This document shows, piece by piece, positions 1 through 10,600 of a stretch of DNA of 23,531 bases. A program made the translations under genes and the position numbers. Position 1 is the stretch's first letter; every line of letters starts with the position of its first letter. Below the pieces are notes generated by a model that saw only the letters and a program-made list of their open reading frames with translations, ran no database searches and was not told the DNA's origin. The stretch comes from Catajapyx aquilonaris (Eukaryota): positions 62,001-85,531 of the forward strand of contig KZ538297.1 in NCBI GenBank assembly GCA_000934665.2. The letters are read 5' to 3'.

Positions 1-999
1 CCAGGGCATGGATCACCACTCCCGCCGCTTTGACCAGCATCCTAACGCCGCTCTCCTCTGCTCATGGAGAGAACCAGCTTCTCTCAGCCAGCCGCAGACT
101 CTCTCGCTTCAACACTGCGCTACCCTGCAATAAAAAGACGGCACACAATAAAAAGCCAGATCCCCCGCCAACAATAGGGCAGGAAACATGCGCCAGTCAT
201 CACATGCACATTGCGAAACAGGGGATGGCATTTACATCCTGTACCGTGATCATTGACTGAAAATATGCGAACGAGTTGCGAATTTTGTGCAGCTCACGAC
301 AATTTTTTTTCCAACGAAAAACAAATTGGACCGATCCATACATGTTGCAGATCCAGCCACTTTAATGCGACCGCAATGTGACGTCACCCAAGTTTTTTGA
401 GGTTAGTGAAAGTAAAAACCTCAATTGCTTGGTCCACTGAATAACACACATGCTATTCTTGTAAATACACCATATGTTCCCCCGACGTCCGCCTGTCCTT
501 TTTTTTCCGTGTTTACGTTTGCCAGGTACCATTTTTTTGAACCGACTGACCGACTTTCAGTGACTCAGTTCATCGGCTAACTTGGCCCCCCTGTTTACCT
601 TCAGGCTCATGGCAATTGGAGCCTAACAGTTGTAATTGCAACTCAACGGTCGTGTTGATTTGCCGACCATTTGGAATCAAGTTGGGGGGGGGAAACAAAA
701 GGGGACCTCGCACCCTGTTTGTTCAAGCCCCGATTCCAATTAAGCCGTGCACTGGCCATACACAGCCAATCAATAAACATGTGAGGTAGAAACAGATTAA
801 AAAGCTCCATATCCGTCAGGCATAATTTTAATATCGCCATCTCACCACCTGAACAGTCATGAAACTATTTGCAGGCATGAGTTACTGTAATTAACACACC
901 TTGAAATACAGTCACCCAAGGTCGCACATCTCACGGAACAATTATTGCGACTTATTCATCGCCACATAATCGCCGAAATATTTCGCACTCATAAATTTA

Positions 1000-1790
1000 C
1001 ATGTGGCGTACATTTTGTACGGAAATATTCAAGTGCAAACACTTCAATTGTTGTCGACTAATCTTCGCTTCAGACTCTTAAATTTTACATATAAAGATAT
1101 TGTGCTTTGTGGAGTACAGGCAATGTATCACTCTGTACTTTCGCAACGGGTAAAAATTCAGCGCCAAGTACCGCACTCATTCTGCGTAACTCGCTGCAAT
1201 ATTTGGCAGTATAAATGTACATTTTTGGCGTACATACAATCATTATGTACATTTTGCAACTGGAAAAATTAAGCACAAGTACCGCAATTATTCTGATCAG
1301 CACACACCATATCTTCGCTGCGATATTTGGCAGCATTTTACATGCATCATTCCGTACTTTTGCATCGGAAAAAAAATTCAGCGCAAGTACCGCAATTACT
1401 CTGACAAATTCACACCGTTATCATTGCTGCAATATTTGACAGCATTTTACATTTGTGGGGTACATGCAATGTACGTTCGCATCTGAAAAAATTCCGCGCA
1501 AGTACCGCAATTGTTTTGAACTCACAAGTTGTACTACAAGCCTCATTACCAACCGATAATACATGTCGACTGCAAAACTACGTGCACTCCACTATTATCC
1601 GACTGCCATCAGCAATTATTGTGCCGTTATCATCGCTGCAATATTTGACAGCATAAATTCGCATACATTCTTCCAACTTGCGGCGTACATGCATTGTATT
1701 AATCCGTACTTTTGCGACTGATCTGTGCCGGTTGCAATTACAAGCCTCGTTACCAACCTATTAATTAATACATGTCGGCTTGTGCGCTCA
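1000..1790. repeat. Degenerate ~110-bp tandem repeat array
   Basis: aagtaccgca recurs at 1166, 1277, 1385 and 1500 (spacings 111, 108, 115). gctgc(a/g)atatttg(g/a)cag recurs near 1193, 1317, 1426 and 1635. Confidence 0.8.
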
Positions 1791-2700
1791 ACTTGGGGTT
1801 CACACCACAAAAAATTATCTGCGGGTAATTCCAGATTGCGCTAAGCCATTACTTGGTACTGGAATGTTCAGCGGAACATGTCCCTCATGCGACAATGTCA
1901 GATAAAAAAAGGTTGGCGCATTAAAATTCCATAACACTTTCCCCCCCTATTAATGAATGGAATGACATTTTTTTTTTTAAAGAATATTGTTCTAGATATT
2001 ATCATGCTGTGTGTGTGTGTGTGTGGGCCAAGCTTACCCTCGCCCTTGTGTCCCATCTGGAGGTGGTGTGGGCCGCCCCGGGGCCGTTCTAATCCAGCAC
2101 ATCACTCCCGCCTTATTATTTTCCAAGTGTTCGAATAGTGTTCGATGGAATGGAACGGGGGCAGCTAGGGAAGGGGGGGGTTATGACCGCAAGGGGGGAG
2201 AAGAGGGGGGGCCGCCCCTATGTCCGCCCCTGTATCTGCCCCTAGTACCTTCCCGCCCGCCCTTCCTTCTCTTCCTGCGGGAACAGGAGAGAAAGATGCA
2301 GCCTCCTCCTCCCCCTCTCTCTCCTCCAGAGAACCTCCCTCCCACAGGATCACATCGATACATTCCAATACCTGCCGGGTGTCCACCTCAACACGCATGC
2401 GCAACACCGAATCCCGAACGCTGATTGGTCCACCAGCCCACCCACAATATCGATACTACCACATCGATACACACTATGGGAATTTCCCCCCTCCCCCCTT
2501 CCCTACCCCCCCACCCCTAATTTACCAAAAAAAAAAGAAGAAAAAATGCCATCTGGTGAGCATCAGCCGAAGTTGAAGCGATGTTGCCACATTTTGAAAG
2601 CGGGAAGTACGAAAATGTCAAATGTTTTTAATTGCAATTAAAAATTGCGGGGGAGATTAACAATAAGTAGATGCGTTTACGGGGGGGAGGTTGGGCCTAA

Positions 2701-3912
2701 TGTAGCCGCGTCTGGAACGCGTCAGAAAAACCGCGGATTGTAGGTGTCCTGTCAGCTGCAGTTCGAGACGCGGCTACAAACGCGGTCTTGTAAACAGCAA
2801 AACAGCTGGTTTGTATGTCATGTCAAGCTGTGGTTGAATAACAAGACGCGTTCGAGACGCGGTCACAGGGACAGGACACACAAAACCGCGGTTTTGCTGT
2901 TTACAAGACCACGTTTGTAGCCGCGTCTCGAACGCGTCTTGTAATTAAACCACAGCTGAGAGGACACACAAAACCGCGGTTTTGCTGTTTACAAGACCGC
3001 GTTTGTAGCCGCGTCTGGAACGCGTCTTGTATTCAACCGCAGCTGACAGGACACCACAATCCGCGGTTTTTCTGACGCGTTCCAGACGCGGCTACAAACG
3101 CGGTCTTGTAAACAGCAAAACCGCGGTTTTGTGTGTCCTGTCCCTGTGACCGCGTTTGTAGCCGCGTCTCGAACGCGTCTTTGTTATTCAACCAACAGCT
3201 TGACAGGACACACAAAACCGCGGTTTTTCTGTTTACATGACCGCGTTTGTAGCCGCGTCTGGAACGCGTCAGAAAAACCGCGGATTGTGGTGTCCTGTCA
3301 GCTGCGGTTGAATAACAAGACGCGTTCCAGACGCGGCTACAAACATGGTCACAGGGACAGGACACACAAAACCGCGGTTTTGCTGTTTACAAGACCGCGT
3401 TTGCAGCCGCGTCTCGAACGCGTCTTGTTATTAAACCACAGGACACACAAAACCGCGGTTTTGCTGTTTACAAGACCGCGTTTGCAGCCGCGTCTCGAAC
3501 GCGTCTTGTTATTAAACCACAGGACACACAAAACCGCGGTTTTGCTGTTTACAAGACCGCGTTTGTAGCCGCGTCTCGAACGCGTCTTGTTATTAAACCA
3601 CAGGACACACAAAACCGCGGTTTTGCTGTTTACAAGACCGCGTTTGTAGCCGCGTCTCGAACGCGTCTTGTTATTCAACCGCATATGACACAGGACACCA
3701 CAGGTTTTTCTGACGCGTTCGAGACGCGGCTACAAACGCGGTCTTGTAAACAGCATAACCGCTGGTTTGTGTGTCCTGTCAAGCTGTGGGTGAATAACGA
3801 GACGCGTCCGAGACGCGGCTACAAACGCGGTCTTGTAAACAGCAAAACCGCTGGTTTGTATGTCCTGTCAAGCTGCCGTTGAATAACAAGACGCGTTCGA
3901 GACGCGGCTACA
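2701..3912. repeat. CpG-rich foldback/satellite array of ~81-bp palindrome-containing units in mixed orientation
   Basis: Near-identical tandem units start at 3360, 3441, 3522 and 3603 (period 81). Each carries the palindrome aaaaccgcggtttt and an acgcgt site. Inverted copies lie at ~2760-2860, ~3075-3140 and ~3715-3912. The array begins tgtagccgcgtctggaacgcgtc and ends gacgcgttcgagacgcggctaca. Confidence 0.92.
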
Positions 3913-6900
3913 CACACACACCGCAACTTTCCCGATTTGACGTCAAATATTGCAGGAAAAATGCGAATCACGCGAAATTGTAGTGACGTCGCAAATTTCA
4001 CATACCGCAACTTAAAAAAAATTCGCAGAACACTGCGCAAATTGCTGATAACGTCGACATGATATGCATTGAACAAACTGATGCCCTGGTTATAACTGTT
4101 GTAGTTTTTATATATAAAAAAAGGGTGATATAATGAGACTAATAAAAGCACAGCCACATTGTATTCGCAAATTGGTACTCACTATTTTTGCGACGTCAAT
4201 AGCGATGATGACCCCCTTGTGATGACCTACAATGACGTCACTGCACTTGAACACACACACAATCGGTACGCCCAAGACCGGTACTGCACGTGTCCAATGT
4301 ATGTTCGAGACTGATCGACCTTTCCTCCCCCCCTCCTCAGTCACTCCTCCTGATGACCTTATCTTACTGCCCTCCTACCACATACAGCTGATTAGGCCTT
4401 TTTTCCCCCTCTCCCCACCATTTGACAACTGGACATCACGGAGGGAAGTGCACTAGTGACAAAAGCTGATAAAATGGAAAGGAAGCATTTTTGACAGTCA
4501 AATCGGACCGTCCTTGCCAAGTTATCTTCCAGTTTCCTGCTGTGCTTGTTCACACAAAATATTTTCTCAGCTGCCACTATGTTTCACTATAGTAGCAGCA
4601 ACAATAGTATAGCAACAATAGCAACAACAATGGGGCTTACCTCAATGACGCACACATTTCAGTTATTGTTGACAGCGGTTGTGAATGAAATGTTTTTGCG
4701 AGTAAATAGCGGCCTGATATTATTCTCTGTGATCGCTCTCGCTCCCTTTCCAATGATGCCTGCATATTCAATCGAGCTGGGTTTGGTAATCCCCCATAGA
4801 AAAACAAACAAACAATAGAGGCTATTTCCAGCAAAAAGGGGCAGCGGCGGTACAGTACCTGCCAATAGCAATAACTCATAAGTCGCATGCAAGCTTTAAA
4901 AAAAAATCATACAGGACCAAAATAATGGCAAAATATAATTACTGTAGTAAACATAGATGTACTTACGCACAAACGAGGGAAACCCGCGCATGCCAGACAC
5001 GTCTAGACGGTCAGTCTGCAGTTGCTTGATCCTCAAAAGTCTAGACTCCCAATTACTTTTTTTTTGTGTGTGTTGATGCAGGATGGACCACTCTCCCAGT
5101 GTACTTGACGGGGGTTTTAACTTCTGGGGTAAATGTCCTGCTAATTCACTTACGGGGTGATTGGCCGTTCTCCAAGAAATATGCAAATTATTATTCTGAA
5201 GATGAATCCGCATTATTATGAAATCATTTTTGCATTCAATTTGAATAGTACAATACAGCTGTTGTTTTCATTCGGGTGCGGTTGCCAGAATGCACGGCAA
5301 TGAATGCTCTGTGCAGTACTGAAGGTCACCAAGTTCAGCTCCACTTTTATCACGACGACGTGTACAAATAAAAATTTATCAGCCCTGTTTACAATAATGT
5401 GGGAGATCATACGGACAGTTAGGTCTGATAGGCATCTGCTATACGGTAGCTGAAGATATAAATATGTTTAAAAGTTTACCTCGGTGTATGTATACACAAT
5501 GTAAATATTTACAAAACATGAAGTTAGTGCCACAATCTTTGCCGCAATTTTCCATCGCATACTTGTGATGCACGTAAGCTAATATTTGAACTGTACTCGG
5601 GAATGTATATGAAAATTTCCAACCTTCGCGAGTTCTCAGAAAATTAATTATTTGACTGCAATTTTTTGCACGTACTGATTTCGCCAACATTAAAAAAAAT
5701 AAATACCGTTCAATTGATGTACAGTCACATTCTGACTGAAAAGGTTTCCGCTACATCCTAAAAAAATGCACAAAAGTAGAAAGAGCATAATCGGCATTAA
5801 ATACTGAAAAAATGTTACTAGGAATGAGCATGACCTTGAACACTTGCTGCTAGAAATATCCGCAATGACATATCTGCACTAAGCCCTTAAGCTTGTCTTT
5901 TATAGCACCCCATAAAACCGAAGGTTTAGTGCAAACATGACAGCTATAAAAATTTGTCTTGTAGTAAAAAAGCACTGCACAAGTAGCTACAAAGGAGATT
6001 GCAGCAGCAGTTGAAAAACCTCGATCAATTTGCCTGAGTTGGTTTACATTAAATGGTACAGTAAACTCCTCTCAAAAGTTCAAAAAATTCTTTTTATTTA
6101 CTTCTTGAGTATAACACATGTTATGTCAAACATTACACATTGCGACTGACCAGTAATTAACTTGAGATGACATTCATGACATTCGAGATTATGAAGTACA
6201 ATCTTTGGAAGGAAAAGAAAAAAATGACAGGATCCAGAAACATTACAGCACGTTAAGTCCAGGACAATAAGTTCAGATTAAAAAGAAATAGCAACAACTG
6301 CTAAGCAAATACTGGCTGGGACCGGATATGTCAGATCGAAGCAATGAAAAATACGGATCAATAAAGTATGATCATCTTACAGCTGTTTCAAAATTTTGGT
6401 AGTTAGGAAGCAGGTAGGAGCAGTAGATGCAGCGTACTCCTAATTATCAGACGACACATGGCACTTGATCTTAACGACTGTTAATTAATCTGGCTCACAA
6501 CCTTCGACAGCTTCGCAGGACAAAGTAATCCCAGCTGATTCGCAATCCACTGGGAGCTGATAAAACACTATGATATCCTATGAAATACGCACAATTACGG
6601 TGACTCTACAACTTTCAAGTCACACCGCCATAAATTGAAAGCACACCAGCTCTAATTTCCTTTTGCTGCGGCTTTAGTTATGAGGCAATAACTTATGAAC
6701 ACATGTTACAAACACTCTTACAACTCAGAACTAGTAACGGCAGATCAAGAAAAAACAAAACACGTAACATTGTATCACAGTTCCTCCAGGGGACACCCAG
6801 GCATCTGTTTCCGCACAATGCCCCTGAACATATGCCACTCCTCAACAGTTTTACAATGTACACTAATGCTGAATAAGACTACTTATGACCCTGCTGATCC

Positions 6901-7697
6901 TGCCTGAGAAACTTGTCATTTTTTTAAAATGTAGCAACAAAAATATATGACACACACGGCATCGAGTATTAAACGTCACGCACAGTCTCAAGATCAACTC
7001 CACATATTAGTTACCTAGCTTCAGAATCACAATGTAAATACAGAGAGGGTCTATGAATTATTGTAAAGCTCGGGTGATTGTCAGCCCCTTATACCACAAA
7101 AAATTTAATTAATTTTAAATATGTAAAGACTAATCAGATTCTTCTGTATAATTGGAGAGAAAATTTAAAGCAACACTTCCGCAGTGGCATCACTTTGCAG
7201 GATAAATCCGCTGGCATTTTTTTTTTTTTAAACCTTCCTCTTTTCATATGCGACCGCGATCCTTTCCAAAATTGACTTATTAAGCGTACCACGTTGTTCC
7301 TAATAATATTCGAGAGATTTTTTTAAAAAATCTGACTTCGTGCAATGAATGTCCAAAACTCACATGAAAGTTGCCAATGTACGGATGCATAATAAAGAAG
7401 TGTTGCCCACCGGGATAATAGAATCGGCAAAAAAAAAGCACCTGTATAATAATTTTAAAATAACTGACTCTCTGTTGATGCCTTTAAAAGGCTATACTAT
7501 CTGAATATAAAAAAAAGCAAAGGGGAAAAAAAAACACTATTGTACTTTCGGTCACATGTGAAGAGCTAATATCCAAACGACTCTTGCTCCACTTTACAAC
7601 GCAAGTCTCATCGCATATTTTCAATAACTTAAATTATCATGAGACAAAAAAAAAACAAGCCCTTCATACTTCAAAGTAACGACTAGTAATAATACTA

Positions 7698-10600
7698 CTA
7701 GTGAACATTCCTAGGCGCATACCCATGATGCCCTCCGTAGTGCATGTATCCGCCCCCGTAATCTCCTCTTCCTCTTCCCCTGCCGTACCCCATACCCCGG
7801 ATGGGTCTGCCTTCGAACGGTACAGGAGGAGGACCCATCATGTTCATCGGGGGGATGCGACCAAGGTGAGGAGGAAAACGGTGTGCCATGTGGGGCGGGG
7901 GCATGGGAGGAAGCATCGGAGGGATTGGAGGGGCATTGTCGTGGCCGCGATGAGACGTGTACCTCGGGCGGTTATGCCCAGGATCTGGCATAGGTGTGTG
8001 TTGGTCCCACAGTCGACACAGGGCCTCACCCACACTCGGTTCAAGCTCCTACAAAACACGACGGTATGAACATTTGGATAACCCAAGAAGAGCACACCTT
8101 TGTTACCTGTCCATCTCGACTGATCTGCACTTTCTTGTTCTCATTGTACGGATTCTGGAGATGCCGCGTTAGTTGGAAAGGTAGATTCCCCCTGCGGATC
8201 CACTGCAGCCTGTAAGGGGCACTCATGTTGGGAGAAGCGGACGGCTCGGTGCAGGTTCCTTCAGTCTCCCTGCAGAGATCACGCAGAAGCCGTGCGTAAC
8301 CCTGAAACCAACCCAGATTAACTCCAGAGCGGACGAAAGGTTATTGACGTGACTTACCTGAAAATGGCCACTCCCGTGCACGCTGAACACCAGAAGAATT
8401 ATACGCCTCTCCCGCAGTACACGCTCCATCCTTCTCTCCGTGGCTAACGTAAAGGACCAGTGGCCCTGATCAGCTGACAGGTCGAGGGCGTGCTGGCTGC
8501 TTGCTTTGATCACAAAGTAGCGGGTGTTCAGGTGAAGTTCTTCATCCGGTATCATCATGTCTTCAGGGGGCGGTTCTTCCCCACCTCTGGGCAGATCTCC
8601 TCCGACAGGACGTGGTCTCTGGCCCACGCCTGTCGGTTCCAACAGACCTGACTCTGCCTCCGCATCGGCCAATGTGCGGGAAAGCGTGCTTACAACCTGC
8701 AAACATGTTGGTCGTAACATGAGACGATACTGTTACTAGATTTCAAATTAAAGTGTGAATTACCATGTCGTCAGCAGCAGACCAGGGGCGTTGCGGTGCT
8801 CTCAGGCGTCGCAGCACAAGAGAATGCCACTTTTCACGAAGCGGGACAGCAGCCTGTGCCACCTCAGGTCGCATACGGAACAGAATCCACTCGTCAATCT
8901 TAACCGAAGCGCAGCAGCCGTCTTGGTGTTCCTCCGATTCCGAATCACTATCTGCTAAATTTGCAGCCAAAGTCAACAACTCGTCATGCGTTTTAAAAAT
9001 TCAAGCTCACCCTGCGTGGCGGCAGAAGGTGCATCAAGCTGCTGTGGGTCATGCTCCGTGACAGAGTCCTGTGGAAGCCGCATGGGGCCTCCGAATATGA
9101 AAAGAGTGACGCCAGTGACAACAGTGCACCGTTGCACATGTGCCACGTGACCCACACGGGACAGCTCATCGTATATGACCCACTCGGTCGGGAGGCTCTG
9201 TATGGCACGGGATTGGGCAGCCGCAGCCGTTGCACTGCGATGGGAGTTGCCACCATCCAAAAGTGTTGACGAAGGGTGCAGCCGTACTTTGCTCTCCTTC
9301 CTGTGAAACCGTTAATGAGATTTACACTAATGTAAGTAGCGCAAGTATGCAAACGAACCTTGTACGAAGCTGCATGTGCTCACGGTCAACCCGGACGATG
9401 TTCGGGTACATCCCTGCGCAGAGGGCGGCTTTGACCATGGACCAGTTGTCAGAATTGCGATTGAGGTCCATTATGTCTCCTCCGCCACGGGCACGCACCA
9501 GTCCGGAAGCCCGCAGCTGGCCCAACAGATGGGAACGCATGGACACGATCATCTCCATGGTGGAAGACGACACAAAGTTCTTCTCGCAAAACTGCCTCTC
9601 CCAGCCGTCACTACGGGATTTTTGCCAAGCCTAGGAGGAAAAAAAAGAGGCTCAGACGTCGACGTTGACGTAGACACAACTTAACCAACCTGGAAGACCT
9701 TCAGGAGGGCCATATGATCGCTGAATGCGCCTGCAGAGAACTTCTTCCTCCTAATGTTCACGGTGATCTTCTGGAACGGCTTGTTGGGAAGCAGGAATGG
9801 ATCTCTGTAAGCCACGCAGCTGACGATGGTCAGAACGGGATCCAGGCATCGCAGCACGCAAGCGTACAGCAGTGCCTTTCCAAGCCTGGGCTCCACGGAC
9901 AGCTCCAGAAGATGCATTCCAAGTTCAGTCAGATCCTCCCATGCGTCCAGGGCGTCCATGGTCTTCAGAAGCTGAACCGCGCCACGGGTAACAGCAGACG
10001 GCGGAGGTTCAGGAACCCGTGAGAGGAACTCGGCCACTGGGGTATTTGGCGGTGCCAGCGACTTGCTGTAGAGGCACAGCTCCTGCAGGGGTGTGCGGAG
10101 TATCTCTGCCGTCTGGCGCTCCTGAAATGCGGTGTACCGGAGGCGAGAGAACAGCCGGAAGACAACTCCAGGGCGAAGGCGTCCAGCGCGTCCTGCACGC
10201 TGGATCGCAGAGGCACGGGACAGCCAGCCAGTCTTCAGCATCGACGCGCCACTCAGCGCATCAAACGAGTTCTGCCGAATACATCCACCAATAAGATCCA
10301 ACTTACAATCTAATAATTAAGAACTGACCTCCTTAACCTTTCCCGAATCAATCACAAACACAATGTCATTGATCGTGATGCTTGTCTCTGCGATGTTGGT
10401 GGCCAGCACTATCTTCCTAACCCCTGGCGCTGTGGCCCTGAACACTCTCCGCTGGTCCGACGACTGCATGTGCGAGTGAAGAGTGAACAGAGCGTACTTC
10501 CCCGCCTCCTGCAGCTTCCGGTCTTCCGCCAGAATTCGCTCTCGCAGCTGAACAATCTCATCGTACCCAGGCAGGAACACCAGCACGGCACCTTCTTCCT

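Noticed and set aside
2011..2576. Pro/Gly-rich ORFs
   Set aside because: They arise from C-rich and G-rich low-complexity tracts open in several frames.
3360..3680. CRISPR-like array
   Set aside because: Whole 81-bp units are near-identical with no unique spacers, there are no cas genes, and the context is eukaryotic.
3033..3882. ORFs of 65-145 aa in the repeat array
   Set aside because: They are translations of the 81-bp (27-codon) repeat on both strands, with no sign of a real gene.
4430..4460. Helitron 3' end (cactagt)
   Set aside because: No convincing subterminal hairpin and no identifiable 5' end.
5700..7697. Long YTHDC2 3' UTR ending at minus-strand AATAAA near 6093-6098
   Set aside because: Plausible, but hexamers in AT-rich DNA cannot define the transcript end without RNA data.
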